51,265 nucleotides of DNA from NCBI RefSeq assembly GCF_001194135.2, contig NC_068990.1, forward strand, positions 5,015,371-5,066,635, given 5' to 3'. Below the pieces are notes generated by a model that was not told the origin of the DNA, ran no database searches, and saw only the letters and a list, made by a program, of their open reading frames with translations. Shown here piece after piece: positions 13,252 to 26,075 of this stretch (its first letter is position 1; each line of letters begins with the position of its first letter). A program made the translations under genes and the position numbers. This stretch comes from Octopus bimaculoides (taxonomy: Eukaryota).

Positions 13252-16200
13252 ATATCTAAAGTTTGTGAGACATGATTGAGACCACCTTATAAAGGAAATT
13301 TCTGTGTACACTCAGCCTCTCAGAAAAAGTAGCTGATTTTTTTACACATTACACCTTAATGCCTACCAATGGAGAGGATACTTTTGATAATATAGCCTGA
13401 AAATTGGATGGCCATATCTGAACTGCCTTTAAATCATAGGTCTGTTTTGACAATAAAATATACAGCAGCCAGGTATTAGTGTTAGTTATATCACCAGCAT
13501 CCCCACTGTATTAAAAATAGAAAATTAATCATAGGCTTTGTGCCAAATTGAAATGAATTATTATTTATAATTCGAAAACATTTATTCACATTTATTCTAC
13601 TATTCTGTCTAAAATCATTTAATAGATTTCAATTAATGAAACTAGACGAGAGAAACGACTGAAAGATGTGAAAATAGCTACTGAAATCAATAGGTGAATA
13701 TCACATTAATTAAATTTAAATGTAATGATTATTAACAACTCAAGAAAGTTTATGAAAGTAAAAGGAAAATGTGCTTAACTTTTGTCGAAGTATGTACAAT
13801 TTGCTTTCTAATAATTTTAATAATCTATATATCGGAAATTTGTTTTTCTTATTGAAAGTTCTTTTAAAAAGTAATTACAATATATATGTAAATTTTTTAT
13901 ATTATTTTCTTTTGCTTCGTTTATAATTCAAAAGTTTTACTTTCAAATGGCTATTGAATGCTTAGCATGTATCATATAGATACTTGATTACAATATTTAT
14001 GATATTATTCTTTCAAAAATTGAATTCTTAGAAAAACATAATCCATAGTTTTAGAATAAATAAAATATGCAGAATATTTTGTTGCTAATATGTAGTCAGC
14101 TTTATTTCATCAAGTCATTTATGTCTGAATGTTTTTGAAAATATGTTTAATGTTTGTTCTAAACATAAGAAAAACAAGCAAAGCAAAGAACAAATAATAT
14201 TTGGAAGAGAGAAAAGAGACTCAAAGGAAGAAAAATGGCATATTTTAGATGAAAATAAAAAAATGTAATGGCTTAGAAAAAAATTCAAATGATATAAACT
14301 CAGGACTAAGCTGTCACAGTTAAAACTGAGATGCTTGGAACAAAGTTAGGATAATTTTTTTTTATGGTTGTAGTGTTGAAAGAAAAATATATGGTAATGA
14401 ACAAGCAGCTCTACATTTTATTCATTGATCTAAAATCAATATATAAGAATGAATTGACACCAAGAGTTATTTAGAACATGTAAAGGAGCTGCAAGCATAA
14501 AAAGAACAACCAATATATTCAGTGAACAGAAGTTGTTGATGTTTATCCTCAAGTTGGCCCTGAGTGAGCCAAGCAATGATCAAAGATATTCCATGAACAC
14601 CCAGTCCTTTGTGCGTATATCTGTGTGTAAAGGACTGTACTTTTTTGTTTTCAAGATTGTAGGGTGGGAAGTTTCCAGGAAGTTTACAAACAGCAGACAA
14701 GAAGTATCAAGCATGTAATAACTATATCAGAGAGAAATGAAAACAAAAAACAAAACAAAAACAAACGATAAAAACAACAAAAAACTAAGTAAAATTTATT
14801 TGATATCTTAAATGAATGGAGAAATCAGTTAGTTATCGAAAGTATTGGTTTATATACAACACTGGTATAGATATATCTACTGAATGAAAATATACTTTGA
14901 GATAATGGTGAAGATTATAGAAAGGAGAGACAGGTCAAGTAAGAAATGAGGTAATTTCAGTTTATTAAACGTTTACATATGAAGTTATTTACAAAACACA
15001 AAATATTAGAATGATACAAGTTCCAGGTAATTTTAAAAATATATTGGATGTTTTTTTCTTAATCTATGTCCACATGAAAAAGTAGAAAATAATGTTTTAA
15101 AATAACGGTGATGATGAAAATATTTCACATTAAGTATACCAAAATAGTTCTAAGCTCTTTATTTTACATCCATTTACCATGCTGGCATGAGTTGAATGTG
15201 ACATCATGATCCAAAATAAGTTCTTATTTAATTATCACCCTCCTAGGTAGATCAGGAAAACATATATTGTTCATATATTTCATTTGTGGCTTTGTTTCTA
15301 CAGCTATGTGCTTTTCCAAACATTAATTACTTCACAGAGCATACAGGATAAATTTCTGTCATGATACCAGCACTATGGAGATCCCCTTACTCCAAGAATG
15401 ATATAGAACCTTCTTTGCCCCATGATGTCTCCATGCATTCACTGGAAACAGAGAGGTTATCATTCCAAACAACACAAAAGACAGTCCTCTCTTTCCTGGA
15501 TTACCTCTGTTCATTTGTTCCTCGCTTTTACACAAATTAGTGTTTAGAGAAGATCATTTTCTAACAAGTCACTAGCACAGTCATGCATTGCTGATGTGGT
15601 GAGAGAGACTTCAGAGGCTAAGAAAAAGGTGATAGAAAGAGACAGTATATTGAAAGAAGGTAAGAGATAGCGATAAAAAGTGAGTGACAAACAAGAGAGT
15701 AATCAAAACATTGGTACATTGTAAGAAGATGCCTATGGCAGAGAGCCTTAATAGTAATATAATTTGATGCCAATTTTCATGTTGCATGGGTTGAACATCT
15801 CAAATTCAGCATTCTGTCAGTGTAGCAATCAACCTCATGAGTCTGCCTCTTCAGAACCATATCCACCACATTTTTCTCAGTTTCCCTTTTCCATGGATTC
15901 TATCTACTTAGAACGTTTGACATTTTTTAAACAACTGATTTTCTCCAAATGCATCATATCCCTGACCAATGCTGTTTTCTCTTTTATTTACCACATCTGA
16001 TTCCTTTTATATCCAACAAGAATGTATAACTATGAATGGTAAGATTAACAGCATCGACTTTATTGAGTTAGAATGCTAAAAGTGTGATATGTTCAGTATT
16101 ATCTAATTATGATTTAATCAGCAAACAAGAAAAAATCAATTTATTCAAAGTTTAATTGTTATAAATTAGTGCAATAGCTTAGCCTATTACTTTTTGGTCA

Positions 16201-16359
16201 CTTCTATTTCCATGGGAATAAAAATTTCTTCCTAAACCATATATTGATAAATTTCCTGAAAATCAAATTTTAGTCAATGATACTTTAATGATAACTTAGT
16301 TTTTGATATTTGATTTATATTATTAAATAAATATTTAAGGCAACAACTAACAATTGTTA

Positions 16360-16570
16360 GAGTGAACAAAATATCTTGGGTCATTTATTGCAACTCTTGA
16401 CAAAGAGTTCAAATCCTGCTGAAATCAGCTTTGCCTTTCATCCTTTCAGACTCAATAAAATAAAAGGTTTGGGGGTTCGATGGTGTCAAGGTTTGGGATT
16501 TGATGGTTTCAACTAATCCTTCCCACCAAAATTGCTTGTCTTGTGCTTAAAATAGAAACAATTATTAAAT
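16360..16570 (+). mobile_element. SINE family F3 copy, decayed
   Basis: GAGTTCAAATCCTGCTGAAATCAGCTTTGCCTTTCATCCTTT...AAAATTGCTTGTCTTGTGC. Confidence 0.7.
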
Positions 16571-19469
16571 TAAGTCATTTTTGTACTCTGAACTCTACTT
16601 GAAATTAAATCTCTAAGAGAATTATGTCACATTGCATCACCTATAACCAATAAGAGATGAAAAAGAAATCAGAAAGCAACACATGACTTGCTATAACAGT
16701 CATAAATAACATTCTATAACTTGGATTTTGTTAACATACCTAAACACAAGTTATTTGATGCATTCATTGATATATAAGTTTCCAAACATAATTTAGCAGA
16801 TTTCTATCTTATTAAAAAATTATTAATAAATTTGTATTTTTCTTATTTCATTTTCTTTCTGTAAACTGGTTGTGATAAAGTTACAATGAAATGAATATAG
16901 AAATACAGAAAAATATATGTGAAGTGTCTAAAAAGTTACAATAGCAAACTTAAAGAGTCTATAAAGGAAGATGGTCACACATCGGAAGCTGTTCTGCATT
17001 TCTTTATCACTGTGAATTCCTTAGATCTGTTACTTTGATTTGGTTGACACAAATACTAACTATAAAAGTTCAAACAAATTTTTTTTTTATTTTATAAATA
17101 GACTGAGAAAAACAGTAAAATTCTAATTAATGCATTGGGGTACTTTCATTGTTGCAAATAATATTATCCTTATTAATATTTTTATCATGATCATCACCAT
17201 CATTATCTTAACTTTCATTATTACAATTTTCTTTTATAATTCAATAATAAAATACAATTACAGATACAAAATTGATCAATAATAGAAAAGATTGAGAAAA
17301 ATACTAATGGCATTGTTTACTTTTGCTTTATCTATTTATTTGGATTTTCAAAAGAAAGATGTTTTTCCCGTATTGATTAGAACACAATTTAGCAGCTCTT
17401 TACATGTCTTAATTATTGGTTAAAATAGTATCAATGGCAAATATAATTAGAACACGTTTGGTGCCCAAGAAACAAAGCTGCTGGAAGTGATTTTACAATG
17501 AAATGAACAGTTGACCTATACAGTTTAGAATCTTGATTATTCCAACACATAATTGATATTATTTCTTTTCTGGTATGTAAATGAAGAAAAGATTAGTTTT
17601 TTTTTAAAGATTAATTTAATGTGTAGATTATAACGTAATCACTGCCATTTCTTTTATTAGTTTATGAAACAAGCTAATTGACTTAAGATACAAGACTCCA
17701 AGATTGTAAGTTATGCCTTCAAACTGGTAGCATTAACCATCAACATAAAAGTACATTAATGTTTTTGGCACTGAAGCTAAGCATGTTTGATTTTAATACT
17801 GAACATTTTTATTATTTCCAATTAAATTGCTTTTCAATTGTTTCCAGATTTTTTTCTTAATATAATATTTCATTTTTAGCATGGAATATATTTTTAAAAT
17901 AATTTGTTTAAAGTTACAAAACATTTTTTAAAGTTTTTGTCCACTGCTGTAAGCTTAAACGTTTCTTATAATTACTTATATTACTATCATATCTAAGTAG
18001 GTATTGACAAATATTCGTCCATAAAATATCCTTTAGTTATAATTGCAATATCTACATTTTAAGCAGAGCTAAACAATTATGAGTAGCAGTAAATTATTGA
18101 AGGATAGATATATTTAATTAATCAGTCAAACTAAAATAAATTTCAGATAACAATAATAATGGTAAGACCTTGAAGGAATACATTATCTGAAGATTATGAG
18201 AGAAAAGAGAGACTGAAATATAGTGTAGATGGAAAAATTAGGTTAATTCTTTGTAAAAGTCACATTACTCCAGCAATAACATCTTAAACAGCAAATGTGT
18301 TCTTTCATACTGAATAGTTTAACCTGGCTGCTCACATTATATATCTTGATATATGATTATTATGTGTTCTTTTTGGTTTGGTACAAATATTACATACATT
18401 TTACATCTCATTTTAGGAGTTTCTAGGTTTCCAAATTTCCCTATTAATATGTATTTTCAGCTTGGATTGCAGCTATGGCAAACTTGTCTACTTTTTCTAA
18501 GGAATTATATCTATAACTCAATTATCTAGTGTATTCATATGTGTAAATGGCAAAATCAATAGGAATTTGGTTGTTATTTCTTGTAAATCAATCAAATACA
18601 TGCTCTTTTGAACAAATAACATCTCAGCCTGTCACCCAAAATGTCTGTATAGCAAAACTATTTTTCCCATAGGAAATTCCAGAGAAGTTATGGCAAGTTT
18701 GAGCAGGGATATGCACTGAGCAAGAGTTAGACAGCAACTCCCACTTTCCAGCTGATACTCCCAATTTGTCACCAGTTGGTGTTGCCAGTTTGTGTGTTCA
18801 TTACTTGTGACACCATTTGTCATCCAAGATGTTTTACATCAATGAATAAAATGTAGAGTTGTTTGTTCATTATCATGTATGCTCTACTGTACTTGATTTG
18901 CAATATTCCAAATATAGTACCATGTCGATCTGACATCCCTCACACTTTTTAACCTCTATTTGAATTACTGCCCTTCACCTCAACAAAATAGTCTCGTACA
19001 CAGATAAAATCACACACATTTTCTTTCATTCTCTAGACAGTTACAGAATTACTCCATCACTACATCACTTAGAAACCTGGCTCCAAAACTAAGCAGTGCC
19101 TGCAAAATTGTCTGCCAATTTTCTTCTTTTTCTTAACTCAAAATCCCACCAAGTAGGGCCCATAGATCACTTCTAGGCAAAGAACTAGGATAAAGGAGGG
19201 TGTGACATTAATATCATGAAAACTCTCTCCTTTAAATGCATGTGTATGCATATTTAAGAAAGAAACTGACATATGGTGCTAACATAATTGATAAAAGTAC
19301 TGATGATAGTAAATGATGAATGAGATAAAGGAGCCAATAAAATAAAAGAAAATGAGATAATAATAAAAGAAATTATAAAAATATTAAAATGAAGAAAATT
19401 ATCAACATTAAGCAAGGTAGTTGTTAACTGAATTTAAAATGGCCAACAAACTATAGGGAGACATTTTAT

Positions 19470-20800
19470 TCTACAATTCAGCTCTTTTGTGGTAAAAATG
19501 CTTTGTGCATGAAACTGGCAGTGTGTCCATGAGATGTCCAGGAAGCTAAGATGCAAATCACTAAATTTGCCAAACTGAGCTCAGATGGAAAGTTTTCTGA
19601 ACTCAAAATGAAGCTCATCCGAACACATTCCATGGAAGTAATAATAAAAATGGTCAGACATGAAACATTCTGTGCAGTTGGAATGATAAAAAAGAGTTCA
19701 TCACTGACTAGACTATGAAGTTTCATTCTGTACTCTATTAGAAGTTGTCAGTACATGCTTGGAGGAACATACCAAAATGTGTGAAACTATTCTATTTTTG
19801 GAAAAATCTAGCTCCTTTAGAGATAACATACAGTATCAGGTTTAATAACTTTTTTGACTGTTCGAATAAAGTCCCTATTCTAGCCACTGTTCTAGAACAG
19901 ATGTAATATAAGAGTCCACTGTCAAGTCATGTATGCATTTAAGACCTAAAAAGACTCTTTCAAAGCAGATCTATCCATTGAAATCCATCAAAGTCAGAAA
20001 TTTCATGATGGCAATGGAAAGATAATAGGGTAGTCTTCAAAGCATTAATGGCAACAAGCCATTTGTTTGATAATTGCATGATCCCAGTTAGGTCACTGAA
20101 AAGATCTGCTGCTAGTTTCAAATGTATGGTGCCACTCCAAGAAACGAGGTTGTAAAGTTTCTTCAGTGAACATGTCAATAAAAAGATCTTATTACTTTAT
20201 CAGCCAACCACTGATAAAGAATAGGAAAAATATAGGTCCTTGAACAAATCCCTAGGGTACACCAGCATTGATTTCATGAATGTGAAAGAACTGAGTGTAG
20301 TGAGAGAAACTTTCAGAGTTCTTCCAATTAAAAACTGACAGCAGAAATGACTTAAGCAGATATGTCACAACTCATTAGCTTAAGAAGCGATCCTTAATGT
20401 CATATGTCAAGTACTTTGAAGATGTCTCAGAAAATAACATCTTCAAAGCTGCTATCTAGTACATGACTGAATATATTAACAGTGAACCTAGAAGTCCAAA
20501 AATAAAACTACCTGCCACTCAGGAGATTGACTTTATTCAAGTGGTTAATGATATGCATGTTAATGATGAATTCAGACAACTTGCTTCTTATGATCATAAG
20601 TTTAATTGGTTTATGGAATGAGGAAAAAGTCGCCAGAGTTTTTGAAAATTGGGAAAACTAAGGCTTCTTCAATGAGTACATAATAGCAGATATGTGGTTC
20701 ATACTTAGTTGTTCGAAAGACTAGCAATGTGCCACATATTTTAGGGGTAGTGACTGGTATGGGATTATATATACATTTAACTGACTTTAGATGCAGGTGA
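19470..20800 (-). mobile_element. decayed non-LTR retrotransposon reverse transcriptase (CR1/L2/Jockey group)
   Basis: Colinear RT landmarks on the minus strand with stops and frameshifts: PIPVTTPKICG (~20730-20765), LVFPIFKNSG (~20632-20662), IINMHIINHL, HEINAGVP*GFVQGPIFF (~20228-20283) and KLAADLFSDLTGIMQLSNKWLVAINALKTTLLSF (ORF 19960-20178), followed by a weaker HIW-like C-terminal segment. Confidence 0.85.
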
Positions 20801-20924
20801 GTACAAAGAAAACATTTAATGGAGAAAATCTAGAATGGTAGTTGCAATAGTACATCATGTCAGTGTATATAAGCTATCAAGTGTTAATATTATGAGAACA
20901 TACACTCATTATTTCTGTAAAATG

Positions 20925-21085
20925 TTGGCAATTGGAAGGACATCCTGCAACAGAAATGAAGCCAAATGACAAGTAAGAGCATCAATCTACAGGAGCGGAT
21001 ACCTCCCACTAAGAAATGAAGCAGACTGTGACAAACCATCAACTCATGCCAACATAGAAAGTGGACATAAAATGATGACTGATGA
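20925..21085 (+). mobile_element. SINE/RTE-tail family F1 copy, decayed
   Basis: GTTGGCAATTGGAAGGACATCC...CATGCCAACATAGAAAGTGGACATAAAATGATGACTGATGA. Confidence 0.7.
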
Positions 21086-21539
21086 TTTCTTTCATTTAGG
21101 ATAAGCTATTTTACATTGACCATCATATGCTTTGTTTAGAAAACACTCCTTAACATAATAGGACATGTCACTTTCACTTATCACTTTAAGTCATACTGAA
21201 GTACGTTGACTTAGTGTAGAACCACTTCAGATTTTTGTCATGAAAGCTAATAGAAGATAATTTACTTTGATAGACCTAAAGAAAATGTTGCTAATTATGG
21301 TACATTATATATAGTGTTAGATTTTTAATTTTAGCAATGAGTATTTTGCAGACTTGTATATTTGCAATTAAACCAATATTCATTGTTTACATTTCAATTT
21401 CATAATAAAGTGTTAAATAAATGAACAGAGATGCCATAATCATTTTAATATCTATCTTACATTTCTGGCATGAAACGTCGGAAATAGGTTCTAGTGAGCT
21501 CATTTATCAGGCACACCATTTTAAAGTACCAGTATTCTT

Positions 21540-21935
21540 TCATGTTTCAGTTATTTGACTCGGGCCATGCTTGAGCACTACCTTTTAGTCAAAGAAATCG
21601 ACCCCAGGACTTATTCTTTGCAAGCCTTATTCTATCTATTTATTCTATTGGTCTCTTCTGCCGAATCACTAAGTTATGGAGACGTAAACACATCAACATC
21701 AGTTGTCAAGTGATGACGGGAGGAATAAACACAAATGCAAAGATGCACACATAAATATATACATATATATACGACGGGCTTCTTTCAGTTTCCGTCTACC
21801 AAATCCACTTACAAAGCTTTGGTCGGCCCAAGGCTGTAATAGAAGACACTTGCCCAAGATGCCATGCAGTGAATCTGAACCCAGAACCATGTGGTTGGGA
21901 AGCAAGCTTCTTACCACCCCAACCATAAGCATACT
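21540..21935 (-). mobile_element. tRNA-headed SINE family F2 copy
   Basis: Reverse complement of GTAAGAAGCTTGCTTCCCAACCACATGGTTC...GGAAACTGAAAGAAGCCCGTCG...CAAGCATGGCCCGAGTCAAATAACTGAAACA. Confidence 0.9.
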
Positions 21936-24659
21936 CCACCATCATTCTGCACCAGCCTACAGTATAGTTTTCTTTAGTAAGATTGCATTCAATTAAAATT
22001 ATATCCCATAGAAATGTACTGTCTCCATATATCAGTTATAGCTACTATTTTCTCAAGTTGATTGTAGTCATTCCCCCCCCCCAACACCATCACCACGAGC
22101 TTCACAGTTCATTCGAGTGTGTCATATACATAGATTCAGCTGTATCCATGACTAAGTTACTTAACTTCTAGTGTCAGTCAAAATGCAACTAGCAGTAAAT
22201 GGATTCCACAAGTGCTATGGTTCACTTACAACTTTCAAGCTAACAAATACCTGCTGGATAACGTTTACATATAAACTGCTTCTTCAGTTTTTCTACCAGA
22301 TGTTGGATTACAAAAATCCCAAACATATCCATTTTAGACTAAATTTATAATGATACTGTTTCAGTTAGCAGCAAATGGTTTTACTGTGAGCAAACCATAA
22401 ACGGTATTAATAATGTGAAATAAGTGTGATTGCATATGGTCATGAGACAGAATATTGAATATGGAAGATTTCAAGTGACTACATAAAAGCAGGTCATTGA
22501 ATGTATAATGTCAATTTATATATCAAGCAGAATACAAATGAGCCATGAGGGCAACTAAGTACTAACAGTATCAGCAAATGAATGCAAAAGACTGTTACAT
22601 TGGTATGTAGATATAATGTAGATGAATGATGAGTACTGACAACATGCGGCATGAGAAAAACATAGAAAGAAGTGATGAGTTTAGACCTCAGGACACTGAA
22701 CTTCACAGATGATTTGCTATAGTATTGCTGGCTCATACAACTCATACAAGAAAAATAGTAAATGAAGCAATTTTTATGGTAGCATAATGGCTTTAGAGAA
22801 CATTATGCTGGGAATAGTGCTGAAAACAAAACCTGTACATTTGTATATTCATTTTGTAACTGAACTTATCAGCCTTAACAATACACAACGTTCCTGAAAT
22901 ATGAACTGGAAATGATTTTATGCACCAATCATTCACATGTAGATTTTTCAATGCCCACCAGGCACTACTTAAATTCTTCCATTTATCTTGCTAATATTGT
23001 GAAATGGAAAGCATATTTGCATTAAAACAGTTCATTCATTTATGTCAAATTTGATAATTGGCATTAAGTATATGCAGTTGTATAGCATTTATCAGTTATA
23101 AACTCCTCAGCTGAAGTGATGTTTTTATATTTGTTAGTATGAAGATTAATGATGTTGCCTATAATTATTTCAGATCATTGTAAACAGAGTGTCAAGATAA
23201 ATAAGTGACATTAGTGCTTCTCAAATAGCATTTTAATCATCTCAGCATTTTGATTAAAAAAAAAAAGCAAGATGTAACAAAATTCCAGGACAATATAGAC
23301 TTCTTAAAACAAGTATTTGAAATAATTTAGGTGAAAATGTTTAAAATATGAAAGGAAGCTGAAATAGTTGTAAAGAAAATGAGAAGGTATTTAGCTTGGT
23401 AAACAACAAATAATGGTGCATTGTTAGGGCTGGTAATGACTATGGAATCTTGGAAGTCAAATGAATGTTTCTATCTTGGGTACTATGTAGAAAGTGTTTT
23501 ATGTGTCTCCAAACTTGGGGCACATTTATAGGTTGGGGCACATTTAAGTAAATTGCTTCATGATATAGCAAGTTAGCAACTTAAGGCTTGGCTCTGAGAA
23601 AGAATTTGCAATGTAAAGAATGAACGGTTTTAATGAGCAGTTGTCAGTGATACTGAAATGAAGCTATAAACTAGATTCATACTTTTAACCAATACACTTG
23701 TATTCTGTGTGGCTGGAATAGCAGCTATGCTAATTTCTAAAACATAGCATGATTTTCTTGTCACACTTGTTGAAATAGGCAGACCAACTATGTACATCTA
23801 ATAGTTGTAAATTAGATTAACATTTCATCTGAGGCTAAGCAACAATAACAACAATACTAAACTGTCAGCTAGGAATACCAATGTAATGAGAGTTTCTGTA
23901 GACAGAATGTATTGGAACCACAGATAGCAATATCTCAGCCACACATTTAGAAAGACAAAGAAGCAAGGATGAATAAAGGCAAGAAATGCTGAGGTTGTGA
24001 AAAAGAAATTTCATAAAAGGTACTACTTTATATGCACTAGCTGTAAAGAATGATTGAATTTCTAAGATGAAGTTTCGTATGAGACACCAATGCAAGCTGC
24101 ATCTATAAAGTAATGAAATTACAATTTGAGAAATAATCTTTCCCTAACAAACTAATATAAAGAAATTAGGATGATGAAAAGTGTTCATTGATTTGATTAC
24201 ATATTGATTTTTCTTCTTTGCTAATCATTTTATCCATTTCACCAAAAAGTAAAAAGAAAAGTAAGCAAAATAGACAAAAATTTAACAGTAGTGCATAACA
24301 CTAACTAGTATATTTTCTTTTATCATAGTTTACTTCAATTTCCCATGCCAAAATGGGTTATATGGACCTACAATTTTATAATTTAAGCTTAGTGTGAAAA
24401 TTTACTTTTACATTTAGATACTTTTCACCTGAATTAGTAATAAAAACATCGTATGCTGTACATTTGATGAAATGATTCTTGTTTATTTTGATAAGTACAA
24501 ATTGCTTAGATTAAGACTACAAGAGTCTTAAATGGAATACTACCCCTTTCAAAGTATTTTAAAATAGTACAAAAGAAAACTGATATAAGTATTTGCCATT
24601 CTCAGAAGCAGTGTAAGACTTCAAACTTAATAGAATAAACACATTAAATATGATTCCAC

Positions 24660-24794
24660 TGGATGGGTAATGTCAGTGTGCATGTATGACAGAGTGTAAA
24701 TGATTTAAGAGAAAAATTGGGCATAAGAGGCATCAGATGTAGTGTGCAAGAGAGAAGACTGCACTGGTATGAGCAAGTGATGCATATGGATGAA
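24660..24794 (+). mobile_element. RTE-clade LINE ORF C-terminal fragment
   Basis: Translates as WMGNVSVHV*QSVNDLREKLGIRGIRCSVQERRLHWYEQVMHMDE, matching the RTE-type RRLRWYGHVMRM motif, with one stop. Confidence 0.7.
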
Positions 24795-24859
24795 TAAATA
24801 TTCTACTTCTATTTAATTTCTATATATAAATAAAGAATATTATGATTTTTTTAATATGA

Positions 24860-25447
24860 TTAAAGTTTCTTTTCATGTTGACAGATATAAATGATAACAA
24901 CTAAACATTCAATAATAACAACTTTGAAATAATTAAATAAAATTTTTCTTGCAAAGAGTAAAGAAGAATTTTCAATAAAATAGAAAAGAACTGAAGGCAT
25001 CTGTAATATACATAGAATGGGGAGGCAATTATTTCCAATGAGAAGCAGTAAATTAGCTATTATTATCATGAAGTAAGTTTCAGTCACAAAAGAAGAGAAA
25101 ATAACTTTATAATTTAAAAGTAGTTGTGAACCAATATTGTAGCCACAGTTTCTTAAATTATAAATAAACCAATCACATGTAATCATTTTCAGATTCATGT
25201 TGACACACTGCATTTTCAGGTTCATGATGACATACAACACACTGCATTTAGATGTTCTGGTTGTGCTTAAAATCTTTGTCATGAAAACTTGATCATTATC
25301 CCAGTTATTTCTATCATTTACAATATAATTAGATGTAGCTCTGCATTTATCATACCAGCTGAGTTTGTAACCAGAATAATGTTTAAAATTATTCATAGGA
25401 GCATCGTAGTTCCTTGAAACATTGTTAGTACAGAAATAGGAAATCAA
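24860..25447 (-). CDS. 195-codon ORF of unknown identity (longest non-gap ORF)
   Basis: Open frame with TACTAAC (25430-25424) and TTTCAAG acceptor (exon would start at 25412). No family recognised. Confidence 0.2.
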   Translation of the reverse strand: MISYFCTNNVSRNYDAPMNNFKHYSGYKLSWYDKCRATSNYIVNDRNNWDNDQVFMTKILSTTRTSKCSVLYVIMNLKMQCVNMNLKMITCDWFIYNLRNCGYNIGSQLLLNYKVIFSSFVTETYFMIIIANLLLLIGNNCLPILCILQMPSVLFYFIENSSLLFARKILFNYFKVVIIECLVVIIYICQHEKKL

Positions 25448-25518
25448 GGGAAGGAGAAATAAAGAAAGTTTCTAACAATGCAGAAAGTTTTACAAAATAG
25501 AAAACAAAAACAAAAACC

Positions 25519-25553
25519 CTTTGTATTTTGGGTGCAAAGGCCTATCCTCAGAA
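25519..25553 (-). ncRNA. degenerate hammerhead motif (inverted partner)
   Basis: TT-CTGAGGA-T-AGGCC-TTTG-CACCC-AAAA-TACA-AAG, colinear with the 25724 copy. The 3' strand of helix II and G12 are lost. Confidence 0.5.
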
Positions 25554-25723
25554 CCTATGCCACCACCACCACCACTTTATGAAAATACATCACAATGATC
25601 ATAACCAACAATTGGAAATTGCTTGCACCAACAGCCGGAGAGTTGCTGCTATTGCTAACCCAAAATGCCAAGCAATTTAAAATATCAAAATCTATGTAAA
25701 TACACATATCTATACTGCTTTTT

Positions 25724-25759
25724 TTTCTGAAGATAGGCCTTTGGGCCTGCAATATAAAG
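25724..25759 (+). ncRNA. minimal hammerhead ribozyme motif, core mutated (GAAA to GCAA)
   Basis: TT-CTGAAGA-T-AGGCC-TTTG-GGCCT-GCAA-TATA-AAG with a perfect 5-bp helix II. Confidence 0.65.
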
Positions 25760-26009
25760 TTTTTAATTTATTTTTTTTATTTTTGTAAAACTTTCTCCAT
25801 TGTTAGAAGCTTTCATTATTTTTTTTTCCTTTAAATTCATAAATATTTTTCAGTCAATCATGGAAAGTTTCCTAGATGGAAAGTTTCTTCAGAGCTTTAA
25901 TAAATCATTAATAAGTTTCACTAGATCAGACATTTATGAAGATTAGTAGCTATTATAAGACGTAGTAAATCAAGACAATTAATCATAAGTCATAGAAATT
26001 TCTATTTTT

Positions 26010-26075
26010 ATCTTCAATCTTCAACTGCATTAATCTTATCATATCTTCACTCTTCAACTGCATTAATCTTATCAA
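26010..26075 (+). repeat. 33-bp tandem duplication
   Basis: ATCTTCA(A/C)TCTTCAACTGCATTAATCTTATCA(T/A) twice. Confidence 0.9.

Larger units (their letters stand above)
25430..25815. mobile_element. PLE-derived insertion with inverted pseudo-LTR arms
   Basis: Arms ~25455-25552 and ~25726-25815 are reverse complements. 25560-25815 is homologous to 35975-36175, the 3' end of the PLE remnant. Confidence 0.75.

Noticed and set aside
20690-20796. Attractive plus-strand exon ICGSYLVVRKTSNVPHILGVVTGMGLYIHLTDFRC with a CAG|GTGAGT donor
   Set aside because: It is the antisense of the LINE RT segment (PIPVTTPKICG...VFPIFKNSG). Exonisation cannot be excluded without RNA data.
22460-22725. Possible RT relic (FQVTT ... 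LNFTDDLL)
   Set aside because: Only two short motifs with too long a spacing, so it is insufficient.
23510-23800. TTGGGGCACATTTA x2, suggesting a pogo-like end
   Set aside because: No partner TIR or convincing transposase frame.
25552-25596. Terminal exon PMPPPPPLYENTSQ*
   Set aside because: It derives from the (CCA)n-rich 3' region of the PLE repeat, also present at 35975-36005.
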